From contig JBCBJQ010000001.1 of the NCBI GenBank assembly GCA_038523235.1, positions 147,546 through 211,545 on the forward strand: a stretch of 64,000 nt of DNA, written 5' to 3'. Source of the DNA: Cyanobacteria bacterium J06626_4. GTDB lineage: Bacteria; Cyanobacteriota; Cyanobacteriia; Phormidesmidales; Phormidesmidaceae. Shown here one piece after another: positions 21,008-30,589 of this stretch. Made by a program: the position numbers and the translations under genes. Position 1 is the first letter of the stretch; every line of letters begins with the position of its first letter. The notes beneath the pieces were generated by a model that ran no database searches, had not been told where the DNA came from, and was given only the letters and a program-made list of their open reading frames with translations.

Positions 21008-22000
21008 GTGGCTAAATCAAAGTCCTGCCTGGCTAACGTCGCCGCCTGGTTGTTATTGCTGGGCATCGTCGCGCTAACAGCGATCGCGCTCTTTTCTAGC
21101 AGCTACGGTTGGCCCATTTATCTTGAGCTACTCTCTCACTTCCAACTGCAGTATTGGATTTTGAGCACGATCGGCCTAGTTGGCATCGCGTTAACTCGCT
21201 GCAAAATCCCAGTCCTGATCGGCTTGGCATGTGTGGCGGCATTGGCGACCCAAATTCTTCCTTGGTATTGGCCACCCAGCTTTGTCACCGCTAACAATGG
21301 CAATTTCCGCATTTTGATCATCAACGTCAATCTCAACAATACGCAGTTCGAAGATGTTCTGGCCTTTGCTCGGCAAGAGGATCCCGATCTGGCCCTGTTT
21401 ATGGAAGTCACCGATATTTGGCGAGATCGGCTTGACAGCCTGCTGACCGAGTTACCTTACTCATCGCGAGAGACCAGTCCGTATAATTTGCTGTACAGCC
21501 GATATCCGCTCAGTGATATGCAGCTTATGCCGTTTGGCGAAAACAGCACGCCTAGCGTCGTCGGAACGGTCACTGTTGAGGGGCAAACAATTGCTTTGGT
21601 AGGCACTCATCCTTTGCCACCGGTGAAACCTTACGCTTTTCATTCCCGCAATCAGCAACTCTATGAACTGGGGCAATATGTGCAAACCGTAGACGCTCCC
21701 AAAATCGTGATTGGCGATCTCAATATCACGATGTGGTCGCCCTATTACAAACAACTGATCCGTAATACGGGCCTAAAAAACGCTCGCAAGGGATTTGGTC
21801 TGCTGCCCAGCTGGCCGACCCAAGGCACCTATCGGCAAATTCCAAATTGGGCGTCGCTCCTGTTCTCGATTCCCATCGACCATTGTTTGTTGAGCCCTGA
21901 GCTGACTGTCGAGAATATCCAAATTGGCCCTAACGTCGGTTCCGACCATCGCCCTGTGATCGTCGACCTGCGGTTATCGGCGTCAGGGGACAGCCTATGA
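21008..22000 (+). CDS. Membrane-anchored endonuclease/exonuclease/phosphatase (EEP) family protein
   Basis: Three N-terminal TMs; INV, FMEV, GDLN.T.WS, PIDH, GSDHRP. Confidence 0.88.
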   Translation: MAKSKSCLANVAAWLLLLGIVALTAIALFSSSYGWPIYLELLSHFQLQYWILSTIGLVGIALTRCKIPVLIGLACVAALATQILPWYWPPSFVTANNGNFRILIINVNLNNTQFEDVLAFARQEDPDLALFMEVTDIWRDRLDSLLTELPYSSRETSPYNLLYSRYPLSDMQLMPFGENSTPSVVGTVTVEGQTIALVGTHPLPPVKPYAFHSRNQQLYELGQYVQTVDAPKIVIGDLNITMWSPYYKQLIRNTGLKNARKGFGLLPSWPTQGTYRQIPNWASLLFSIPIDHCLLSPELTVENIQIGPNVGSDHRPVIVDLRLSASGDSL

Positions 22001-22704
22001 TGAGGTCTGAAGACCTCAACAGCGATAACTCATCTTTGAAACTGGAACGATATCAAGCCAAGACGGTGCAGGTTGATCGCCGCCGCGTTTACGAGATTAA
22101 CGGGCATCAATATCCGGGCGTGACCACGGTGCTATCAGTCACCAAACCCGCTGAGGCCAGAAAAGCGCTGCAGGCTTGGCGGCAGCGAGTGGGTGTCGAA
22201 ACTGCACAAGCGATTTCGAATAAAGCCTCTTCGGCAGGCACCCGCTTGCACAAACAAATTGCGACCTATCTCCGGGATGAACCGATCGCCATTGCACCCG
22301 ATTTGTCCGGCTATTGGCAGTCCATAGAGCCGCTGCTCAACCAAGTGGAGGAAGCACTTTTGGTGGAGGGAGCCGTGTGGCACGAGCAGGGCTATGCCGG
22401 GTTTCCGGATGCGGTGGTGGTCTACCAAGGACGGGTGTGCGTCTGCGATTGGAAAACCGCGATCAGACCGAAAAAGCTGGAATGGATTACGGATTACTTT
22501 CTCCAGGTCGCGGCCTACGCTACGGCAATTGAACAGGTTTATCAAGCGACCGGTATTCAAATCGAAGGGGCCTTGATTGCGATCGCCTTAGATGACAGTC
22601 CGGCTCAAACCTTTTGGCTCAGCAATACCGACATCACTGACTACTGGCAGCAATTTCGGCAACGTCTCGCCGAATACTACACGATTCGCCCTCGACAGTT
22701 TTGA
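21997..22704 (+). CDS. PD-(D/E)XK nuclease (MGME1 / phage exonuclease-like)
   Basis: PGVTTVL, GT.LH, YAGFPD, DWKT, DYFLQVAAY; ATGA overlap with the EEP gene. Confidence 0.82.
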   Translation: MMRSEDLNSDNSSLKLERYQAKTVQVDRRRVYEINGHQYPGVTTVLSVTKPAEARKALQAWRQRVGVETAQAISNKASSAGTRLHKQIATYLRDEPIAIAPDLSGYWQSIEPLLNQVEEALLVEGAVWHEQGYAGFPDAVVVYQGRVCVCDWKTAIRPKKLEWITDYFLQVAAYATAIEQVYQATGIQIEGALIAIALDDSPAQTFWLSNTDITDYWQQFRQRLAEYYTIRPRQF

Positions 22705-22726
22705 GCTCGACCTCAGAGATCCGGTT

Positions 22727-23716
22727 TCAACCTCTTGAGTCAGGATTTGAGCGTTTGGGGCGAGCGCCTTCGTGCTTTTCATAGGCAGCGACGATCCGCT
22801 GTACGAGGGGATGGCGCACCACATCTGCCTGAGTGAGCTGACAAAAGGCAATCCCTTCGACTCCGGCTAAAATTCGCTGAGCCACCGATAGCCCCGAAGA
22901 CTGATTCATGGGCAGATCCGTTTGAGTCGTATCGCCCGTGACGACCATGCGAGATTTAAAGCCTAACCGGGTCAACACCATTTTCATTTGAGCGGGTGTC
23001 GTGTTTTGCGCCTCATCGAGAATCACAAAAGCATTGTTTAGGGTACGCCCGCGCATATAGGCCAAAGGAGCCACTTCGATAATGCCCCGCTCCATCAGAC
23101 TGGCCGTTTTTTCAGGATCAATCAGCTCGTGCAGCGCATCGTAGAGAGGGCGCAAATAGGGATTGACCTTTTGCTGCAGATCACCCGGCAAAAAGCCTAA
23201 GCGCTCACCAGCTTCCACCGCCGGACGAGTGAGGATCAGCCGCTCGTACTCGTCATTAATCAACGCTTGCACGCCGACCATGGCCGCCAAAAAAGTTTTG
23301 CCCGTACCCGCCGGGCCGGAGCAAAAAATCAGATCATTTTTTTGCAGCGCTTGAATGTATTTTCGCTGACGAAAAGTTTTAGCTCTGACCACCTCGCCGC
23401 GTCGGGTGCGCGTGACCGATTCACTCTGAATCGCCCGCAGCTCATCCAATTGGTCAGTATTGATCGCCTGTCGAGCAGTGAGAATATCGGCCCGACTGAT
23501 GACAGTGCCTTGACTCCAAAGGGGCTCCAGCGCCATCACGATTTGCTTGGCCTGAGAAACGGTACTGGCCGTGCCAGAAAACAGCAGATCGCGGCCGCGT
23601 AAGACAATCTGAGCGCCCGACTGTTGAGACAGGAGTTTAATATTCTCGTTTTGATGTCCGGAAAGGGCGATCGCACTATCCGACGAAGGCAGATCGATAT
23701 GGGCTGTCTGCTGCAT
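22727..23716 (-). CDS. phoH: PhoH family ATPase
   Basis: GPAGTGKT, LTRPAVEAGE.LGFLPGDL, RGRTL, DEAQN, VVRHPLV. Confidence 0.95.
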   Translation of the reverse strand: MQQTAHIDLPSSDSAIALSGHQNENIKLLSQQSGAQIVLRGRDLLFSGTASTVSQAKQIVMALEPLWSQGTVISRADILTARQAINTDQLDELRAIQSESVTRTRRGEVVRAKTFRQRKYIQALQKNDLIFCSGPAGTGKTFLAAMVGVQALINDEYERLILTRPAVEAGERLGFLPGDLQQKVNPYLRPLYDALHELIDPEKTASLMERGIIEVAPLAYMRGRTLNNAFVILDEAQNTTPAQMKMVLTRLGFKSRMVVTGDTTQTDLPMNQSSGLSVAQRILAGVEGIAFCQLTQADVVRHPLVQRIVAAYEKHEGARPKRSNPDSRG

Positions 23717-23740
23717 GCATTAGCATCCCAGCGGGAAAGT

Positions 23741-24103
23741 TTAAGACTGTTTCTTTTTGGGTGGGGCTGGGCGTTCCCCTCGACGAGGTCGCGGCTGTCG
23801 TTCACCAGAACCGCCTTCATCCGAGCCAGAACGCGCCTGATGGGCCGACTCCCCGTAGACATCTAGAGAGACCTTCTGGTCGTATAGTGCCGCAGTCGCT
23901 TCGAGCACCGTGCGAATGGCCTGAATATTGCGGCCCCCGCGGCCAAACATCCGACCGCGATCGTCGGCAGAGAAGGCAACTCGCAACAAGACGCGGTGCT
24001 TGTCACCCAGGAGTTCGATGTCAGTTTTAAGGTCGTCAGGAGAATCAAGGAAGGGCTTCATTAAGTAATGAACCAGCCCTTCGTAATCCGGTTTATCCGC
24101 CAT
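23741..24103 (-). CDS. khpA: KH-domain RNA-binding protein (KhpA-like)
   Basis: D.GR.FGRGGRNIQAIR; lies between rpsP and phoH. Confidence 0.88.
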   Translation of the reverse strand: MADKPDYEGLVHYLMKPFLDSPDDLKTDIELLGDKHRVLLRVAFSADDRGRMFGRGGRNIQAIRTVLEATAALYDQKVSLDVYGESAHQARSGSDEGGSGERQPRPRRGERPAPPKKKQS

Positions 24104-24143
24104 AGCTGCCAATCTCAATCTCGTTTCTAGATTTGCGGGGCTG

Positions 24144-24401
24144 TTATTCAGCCTCAGCCTTTAATTGCTCAAAGACATTCGCTTTCTCTAAAATGCGGCG
24201 CACTGTTGGAGTTGGCTGAGCCCCTTGCTGGAGACGACGAACAATACCGGGAACTTCCAGCCGAGTTTCTTTCGTGCGGGGGTTGTAGTAGCCCAGTTCC
24301 TCAAGGGGTAGACCATCGCGGCGAGTCGTGCTGGGCATCGCAACGATGCGATAGCTCACCTCACGCTTTTTACCAAATCGCTTCAAACGCAGCTTAATCA
24401 T
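24144..24401 (-). CDS. rpsP: 30S ribosomal protein S16
   Basis: [12 protein letters not shown]...YRIV...[13 protein letters not shown]. Confidence 0.97.
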   Translation of the reverse strand: MIKLRLKRFGKKREVSYRIVAMPSTTRRDGLPLEELGYYNPRTKETRLEVPGIVRRLQQGAQPTPTVRRILEKANVFEQLKAEAE

Positions 24402-24731
24402 GAATGTTCAAATGCTTAATGACGCTAGTAACCGAAAACAGCAAACCCTTGATCGCTAGGGAACAAGCTTCTTGTTTGCAAGTCTCCTATTTTATCAGGC
24501 TAAGCCGGTGCTGTGTCAACTCGCCGGAATTCATCTTCAAGACTTTTAGGCGGACAGCACCCTCATTTTCGGGTATAATTCAAATCTTGCGGGAGTGGAT
24601 TCTCTTCCGCCAAGCTTGTCTGCTTAAGTGGCAGAGCATTTTGTATCGGGCCCATGTCTCGTTTGTTAGCTCGGTCTTTGCGAACTAAGGAGAACACCCC
24701 ATCACGGAGAAAACGGTAGGTAAACATTAGC

Positions 24732-25724
24732 ATGGTCAATCAGGTAGAGCAGAAGAAGGATGCAGACATTGGGTTTACCCATGATGATTTTGCAGCACTG
24801 TTAGATAAGTACGACTATCACTTCAGCCCAGGTGATACCGTCGCGGGTACGGTTTTCAGTTTGGAGCCTCGGGGTGCACTCATCGATATCGGTGCCAAGA
24901 CTGCCGCCTACATCCCGATTCAGGAGATGTCGATCAACCGTGTTGAAGACCCTGATGAGGTTCTGCAATCCGATGAGACGCGTGAGTTCTTCATTCTCAC
25001 TGACGAAAACGAAGATGGCCAGCTCACTCTGTCGATTCGCCGCATCGAGTATATGCGCGCTTGGGAGCGAGTGCGTCAGCTGCAGCAAGAAGACGCGACG
25101 GTGCGCTCAGAAGTGTTTGCTACTAACCGAGGCGGTGCCTTGGTTCGCATTGAAGGGCTACGGGGCTTTATTCCCGGTTCGCATATCAGCACTCGCAAAC
25201 CTAAAGAAGATTTGGTGAGCGAAGAGCTGCCCCTTAAGTTCTTAGAAGTCGATGAAGAGCGTAATCGCCTCGTTCTTAGCCATCGTCGAGCGCTGGTTGA
25301 GCGTAAGATGAACGGCCTCGAAGTTGGCGAAGTGGTTTTAGGCACGGTACGTGGCCTGAAGCCCTATGGTGCGTTCATTGATATCGGTGGCGTCAGCGGT
25401 CTGCTACACATCTCCGAAATTTCCCATGACCACATTGATACGCCCCACAGCGTGTTCAACGTCAATGACGAAATCAAGGTGATGATTATTGACCTGGATG
25501 CTGAGCGGGGCCGCATCTCGCTGTCAACGAAGCAGCTTGAGCCGGAACCCGGTGACATGGTCAAAAATCCTGACTTGGTATTTGAGAAGGCTGAAGAGAT
25601 GGCCGAGAAATATCGGGAGCAGCTGCTCAAAAAGGCAGAAGCCGAAGCTGCTGAGGCAGCCGGTGGCAGTGAACCCGCATACTCTGAAGAAGACGTTGAG
25701 TTTTCTGCCACTGAAGAAGATTAA
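24732..25724 (+). CDS. rps1: 30S ribosomal protein S1 (three-S1-domain cyanobacterial form)
   Basis: Three S1 repeats; GALIDIGAK, GFIPGSH, GLLHISEIS. Confidence 0.95.
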   Translation: MVNQVEQKKDADIGFTHDDFAALLDKYDYHFSPGDTVAGTVFSLEPRGALIDIGAKTAAYIPIQEMSINRVEDPDEVLQSDETREFFILTDENEDGQLTLSIRRIEYMRAWERVRQLQQEDATVRSEVFATNRGGALVRIEGLRGFIPGSHISTRKPKEDLVSEELPLKFLEVDEERNRLVLSHRRALVERKMNGLEVGEVVLGTVRGLKPYGAFIDIGGVSGLLHISEISHDHIDTPHSVFNVNDEIKVMIIDLDAERGRISLSTKQLEPEPGDMVKNPDLVFEKAEEMAEKYREQLLKKAEAEAAEAAGGSEPAYSEEDVEFSATEED

Positions 25725-25760
25725 CGCGCTCTGCTTTACCTGAGCATTTCGAGCTATCCG

Positions 25761-25795
25761 AAAGAGCCGTGACCTTGTGTTGCGGCTCTTTTTTT
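25761..25795 (+). terminator. Intrinsic terminator after rps1
   Basis: AAGAGCCG...CGGCTCTT hairpin followed by a T run. Confidence 0.75.
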
Positions 25796-25874
25796 AGCCC
25801 TGAAGCTCGGATGAGCCGCATCCCTGATAATGGTTTGGACTGCGTTCGTTGAATCGGAGCTGAGCAGAACGTTG

Positions 25875-26636
25875 ATGGTGACCGTGCGATGTCGAGACCT
25901 CACTTTTGAGAATATTGCCGCCATCCTGTGGGACAAGGATGGTACGCTCGCCGACTCGCATCAGTTTTTGAGGCGGCTGGCCGAGGCACGATCGCAGACG
26001 TTAGCCCATCAATTCCCCAACATTCGAGTGCCTCTAATGGCGGCATTTGGTTGCCCTGACGGCCAATACGATCCCGCTGGTTTAATGGCCGTTGGCACCC
26101 GCTACGAAAACGAAATTGCTGCCGCCACTTATATCGCGGCCACCGGCACCCCCTGGGGAGAGGCCGTCAGCTTGGCCCAACTCGCCTTTGTAGAGAGCGA
26201 TCGCAGCTTTACTCGCAAAGCCGACTTCACCCCGCCTTTCCCCAAGATTCCTGAGCTTTTGCGTCAAGGGCACCAACAGGGGCTCAAACAAGTCGTGCTT
26301 TCTGGCGACACGACCAATAATATTGCCGATTTTCTCAGTCGCTATGATCTTCATAAAGCTGTGGACAGCTGGGCTGGCAGTGAAACACCACCGGTAAAGC
26401 CCGATCCGCAGATGGTTTGGACAGCCTGTGAGCAACTCGGCATCTTGCCAGACAACTGCCTGGTCATTGGCGACTCCGAGGTGGATCATCAACTGGCTTG
26501 TCGCAGCGGCTGTCGTGGTTTTATCAGCGTCACCTGGGGCGGCAGTCCGGCGATCGCTGGAGCCGATGCGGTTTTAGAACAGCCTCAGCAGTGTCAGATC
26601 GGTATCCTCAATCCAAACCTTGAAAAGGAGGCGTGA
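25875..26636 (+). CDS. HAD family hydrolase
   Basis: WDKDGTL, KPDP, VIGDS..D motifs. Confidence 0.88.
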   Translation: MVTVRCRDLTFENIAAILWDKDGTLADSHQFLRRLAEARSQTLAHQFPNIRVPLMAAFGCPDGQYDPAGLMAVGTRYENEIAAATYIAATGTPWGEAVSLAQLAFVESDRSFTRKADFTPPFPKIPELLRQGHQQGLKQVVLSGDTTNNIADFLSRYDLHKAVDSWAGSETPPVKPDPQMVWTACEQLGILPDNCLVIGDSEVDHQLACRSGCRGFISVTWGGSPAIAGADAVLEQPQQCQIGILNPNLEKEA

Positions 26637-27214
26637 TCACCATGACCGAATCCCTTTGGGCACTCAAAGAATGGGCGATCGCGGTACAGGCGTTGGGCGC
26701 TGGCGACCTGATTTTGCTGGTGCGAAAGGGCGGCATCCATGAATCACGGCGCTCATTCAACATGCCCTGTGATCGAGCCCTGTTATTTCCCACCTACGAA
26801 CATCAGCAGGCCAGCGCTCTGCGATCGCCGTTTCAATCAGCGATGACGCCACAGGCAGTTCCGGCACTAGGCGACGGGATGTCTTTGCAGTACTGGGCCG
26901 AGATAACACACCAGCTGCCGTTGGCAGAACAGGGAATTGTAGAAGCCCTGCAGCCGTTCCATATCTGGACAGACGATTGGCTAGTCGAGCGCCTCGCTTG
27001 GCAGCCAGAACGCCCCGCCTATGCGCTGTTGTTACGCGTGCAGCGACTGGTGGCTCCGGTGGACATTACCTATCAGGCGCACCATCAAGGCTGTCGTTCT
27101 TGGATTAACCTGCAGGATGAGACGACCGAATTGCCCAACGGTGTTCCTGTCTTGTCTGATCAAGACTACTACCGGCAAGTGACTCAAATTCAAGCGGCGA
27201 TCGCCGGGGAATAA
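26633..27214 (+). CDS. DUF1802 family protein
   Basis: ALKEW..AV.AL..G...LL.RKGGI.E, LFPTYEHQ, GCRSW; overlaps HAD stop. Confidence 0.82.
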   Translation: MITMTESLWALKEWAIAVQALGAGDLILLVRKGGIHESRRSFNMPCDRALLFPTYEHQQASALRSPFQSAMTPQAVPALGDGMSLQYWAEITHQLPLAEQGIVEALQPFHIWTDDWLVERLAWQPERPAYALLLRVQRLVAPVDITYQAHHQGCRSWINLQDETTELPNGVPVLSDQDYYRQVTQIQAAIAGE

Positions 27215-27331
27215 CGACAGCAAACTGTAACGAAACTCTTACCACAGGCTGGGGGAGTGGGGAAGCGGGGAGCGATGACTACTTTTGGGATGATGAATTG
27301 TCAGACAGTTTTGCAACGCCACCCATTCCAA

Positions 27332-27363
27332 AATGATTCCGAGCATCAATGATTCCGAACATC
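27332..27363. repeat. Tandem 16-bp direct repeat (2 copies)
   Basis: AATGATTCCGAGCATC / AATGATTCCGAACATC, 1 mismatch. Confidence 0.8.
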
Positions 27364-27606
27364 ACGGACACGTACCCAGTTGATTTTGCTTCAGCCAAAT
27401 CTGTAATAGAGCAAACCCAAGCTCTTTACATAGGAATGTTGAAAAACCAGTAATCGAGAACCCTAGCAGTCATCCGTAAAACTCATTAAGAATTGCAATA
27501 AGGTTTGCGGTGCGATAGTTTGCAGAAATTGGTTGTGAAATAATCCTCACTCAAATGCTTGTTTAGCTGGGGCTGGCTCAGCACAATTTTTGGGGAGATT
27601 CTGTTT

Positions 27607-28677
27607 GTGTTTAACCTGAAACTGTTGTTTTGCGGGACGGTTGCAATTTCCCCCGTGTTTGTCGAGGCCGTCGCCGCTGCCACCTTTGAGTACGGGGAAA
27701 CCGCAGCCCAGGAAACCTACTTCCTCTCCTCTGAACTAGCTGGTCGCAGTGTCGGCTCTGCCCAGGAAGCTGCCACTGTGCAGTACCTCAGCGATCGCTT
27801 GGTGGAACTAGGCTACACCCCTACCCTCCAGCCCTTCACCTACGATTTTCAGGGCACCTCCCTGACCTCCTACAACGTGATCGCTGAACGTCAGGGCACC
27901 TCTGACAAACACATCATTCTCGGGGCTCACTACGACACTGACCCCAGTAGCGCAACGTTAGATCGTTCAGCCCTAGAAGGCACCAACGATAATGCCTCTG
28001 GGGTTGGTGTGCTGTTGGAACTAGCCGAACGGCAGGTGCTAGACCCGACTGTAACCAGTAAGTTTGTCTTCTTTGGGGCCGAAGAGATTGGCCTCGTGGG
28101 CTCGGAGTTTTATGCCAACACCCTCTCAGGAGCTGAAATTGCCAATAGCCTGTTCATGCTCAACCTCGACAGTCTGGTGTTTGGTGATTTCATGTATTTC
28201 AATGCCGGACGGGGCGCGGTGGATAACCCAGACTGGTTCCAGTACCGCGACCTAGCTTTAGAAATTGCCGCCGAAAATGGCATTGATGCCCGCACCAATC
28301 CGGGGCTAAACAATTTTTATCCTGCCGGAACCGGCTGTTGTAGCGATTTAGAATCCTTCGACTTCTTGATGCCGGTACTGGCTGCCGAGGCAACTAACTG
28401 GAGCATCGGTGATCTTGATGGTTTCACCCAAACTGCCGATCCCCGCGTTCCCAATGGCCGCACCTGGCACGATCCGGCAACGGATAACCAGGCGTTTATC
28501 AACGAGATTTTTCCTGGTCTGATTGAGCAGCGTACCCGCGACTACACCCTCGTGCTAGACAAGCTCGTCGGTGAGGTGAATGCCAGCTATGTTTCGGTGC
28601 CGGAGCCCATGAGCACGGCGGCGTTATTGCTGGTGGCAACGGGAGGCGGCCTGATGATGCGGCGACGGCGAGCTTAG
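27607..28677 (+). CDS. M28 family metallo-aminopeptidase with PEP-CTERM sorting signal
   Basis: GAHYD, G.NDNASG, AEEIG, NLD, WH motifs; C-terminal VPEP plus TM plus RRRR; GTG start after GGGAG. Confidence 0.85.
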   Translation: MFNLKLLFCGTVAISPVFVEAVAAATFEYGETAAQETYFLSSELAGRSVGSAQEAATVQYLSDRLVELGYTPTLQPFTYDFQGTSLTSYNVIAERQGTSDKHIILGAHYDTDPSSATLDRSALEGTNDNASGVGVLLELAERQVLDPTVTSKFVFFGAEEIGLVGSEFYANTLSGAEIANSLFMLNLDSLVFGDFMYFNAGRGAVDNPDWFQYRDLALEIAAENGIDARTNPGLNNFYPAGTGCCSDLESFDFLMPVLAAEATNWSIGDLDGFTQTADPRVPNGRTWHDPATDNQAFINEIFPGLIEQRTRDYTLVLDKLVGEVNASYVSVPEPMSTAALLLVATGGGLMMRRRRA

Positions 28678-28726
28678 CCGCCGGCCCGATGAAGAGTTTG
28701 GCGGCGGCTACGGCTTAAGTGTCGTT

Positions 28727-29001
28727 GATACGATTTGGGTTTTGAAACGCTACAGATTTCAGGCCGCCTGGAGGCACATCCCTGCCGAGGCCAGAGCCTA
28801 TACGATTCATAGCGTTGCCTGAAGAACCGAAGAGCCTCTTTGGTCAGTTATCTGAGCGGTTGGTCTAAGACTTGCGGCAACTCTTCTAAATCGAGGCAAT
28901 ACCGGTTCGTGAATCACAATTTTGCTGACGCCACTCATCACCAAAACCTCAATCTCAATGCCCTCATATGATCTGAGGCGTCTTAAAGCCCAATTCGTAT
29001 C
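28727..29001. mobile_element. Putative MITE-like non-coding element with imperfect terminal inverted repeats
   Basis: GATACGATTTGGGTTTTGAAACGC versus GCGTCTTAAAGCCCAATTCGTATC (20/24 as inverted repeats); no ORF of 60 aa or more inside; no clear TSD. Confidence 0.5.
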
Positions 29002-29059
29002 CCCTGGAAATGCTGGAGAAGCCGGTTAAGGAAAGTTGTTTTGAAGGATAGGTATGGCA

Positions 29060-30475
29060 TTATAGAGAACTGGGTTTTTGTGGCGCAATCAGGGCCTGCA
29101 TCGAAGTTTGCAGATCGGCAGTGAGGTCAGTGATCGCCTGACGTCGGTTGTCTTTGTAGGCAGGCCAGCGATCGCTGACTGAGAGCGGTTGCCCCACCGA
29201 CAGGTAAGCGATCTGATGCCCCAAAGCCGGACGCGGAAACGGATTTTCGCCCTTGATGCGCACTACTGTGTCTCTGACTAACAGCAGCGTTTCGGCAAAG
29301 CGCTCCACTGTGGGTTTTTCTTTGACGTAGGTGCCCGTCACGGCGACAAAACTTTCGACCAATCGCATGTGCCACATGCGCAAGGCCGCTTCTTCGGCAA
29401 CGCGATCAGCTAACCCGTGCTCGACTGCCGAGAGCGGATGATCAGCCTTCAAATCTTCCCGGTAGATCCAATCCCAACCGGCCTGTTCAATTTTGCGGCA
29501 GCGATCGATGACGCTCCCTTTAGGGACGATATGAAAGAATGATTCCGCCACCTGCAGAGCTGAATTTAACAGGCGATTGAGCCGAAACGCCAGCTCGTTT
29601 TCCCCCTGCTGAGCGGTAAAATCGACCTCGTCGAAGGCAACCTGAAAAAAGTCCGTATAGTAAGACTCCATGATTTCTAACAGGCGGTAGCCCAGCTGCA
29701 GCAATCGTGGATAAAGGGCAGCGGCGAGCTCGGTGGGATCACTGGCTGGCGGCGCCGCTGCCGTGGTCTTAGCAATCCCCAGTTCGGCCTCTAAAGTGGT
29801 CAGCAGTTTCGTCAGGGCACCCCAGGGCGCATCTTGATAAAAATATTGGATGCCCAACGGCACGATGAAGACTTTTTCTGAGCGCTGCGCTTTCTGCAGG
29901 TCATCGACGCACCAAAACCCAAACTGGGCAATGCCGGGTTCAAAGGGACTGATGATTTCGGTGTGACCGTTGTTGGCACCTTCGGGAGCCGCCGCCAGGG
30001 GAAATTGCCCTTGAGCGAAAAGACGACGGGCTGACTTGAGCCCCTGTCGATCAACCTTGCCGCGCTGAATCGAAGTGCCCCCCAAGCGGGAGTAAAACCA
30101 GCCAACGCCGTCACCAGCCCAGAGAGGAATGCCGCGATCGTAGATGAAATGTACGTGGGGCGATCGCGGTAGCGGCTTACCCACTTTACGGCTCACTGCT
30201 GGGAGCTGGTGCCACAACAGGTTCATCAAACAGTAGGCATCATCAGGGCTGGGGTGACGGAATGCGATTAAAAATCGAGCGTCACCCGCCTGAAACTGAT
30301 GGAACAGGTCAACAAGCACTTCAGCGCCTTGAATATCAAGCTTTTTGACGCTACTTTTCCACCAGAGCCAGAATGGCAGCAGGGTTTTCGTTGCCCAAAG
30401 CACTTTGGGGTCAAACTCAGGCGGCAAAAATTCTAATGGCGGCTGCGCGCCATGGAGCATGCTGGTCATAGCCAA
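29060..30475 (-). CDS. Glycerol-phosphate acyltransferase family protein (PlsC-like, long form)
   Basis: FRHP..DD (HxxxxD-like), SIQRG, APEG, IVPLGIQY. Confidence 0.8.
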   Translation of the reverse strand: MAMTSMLHGAQPPLEFLPPEFDPKVLWATKTLLPFWLWWKSSVKKLDIQGAEVLVDLFHQFQAGDARFLIAFRHPSPDDAYCLMNLLWHQLPAVSRKVGKPLPRSPHVHFIYDRGIPLWAGDGVGWFYSRLGGTSIQRGKVDRQGLKSARRLFAQGQFPLAAAPEGANNGHTEIISPFEPGIAQFGFWCVDDLQKAQRSEKVFIVPLGIQYFYQDAPWGALTKLLTTLEAELGIAKTTAAAPPASDPTELAAALYPRLLQLGYRLLEIMESYYTDFFQVAFDEVDFTAQQGENELAFRLNRLLNSALQVAESFFHIVPKGSVIDRCRKIEQAGWDWIYREDLKADHPLSAVEHGLADRVAEEAALRMWHMRLVESFVAVTGTYVKEKPTVERFAETLLLVRDTVVRIKGENPFPRPALGHQIAYLSVGQPLSVSDRWPAYKDNRRQAITDLTADLQTSMQALIAPQKPSSL

Positions 30476-30589
30476 TCCTGGTAGAGGTGAGAGCCAAATA
30501 CAAGATGGGTGTGCTTAAGTTTAGGTGATGGGTTCGCCAGTCAGGCATGCCGTGTTAAGGACTGTTGATGTCACCTCAGCCGCTTTGCC

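Noticed and set aside
27332..27363. Direct repeats as a possible mini-CRISPR
   Set aside because: Only two abutting 16-bp units, no spacer and no cas genes.
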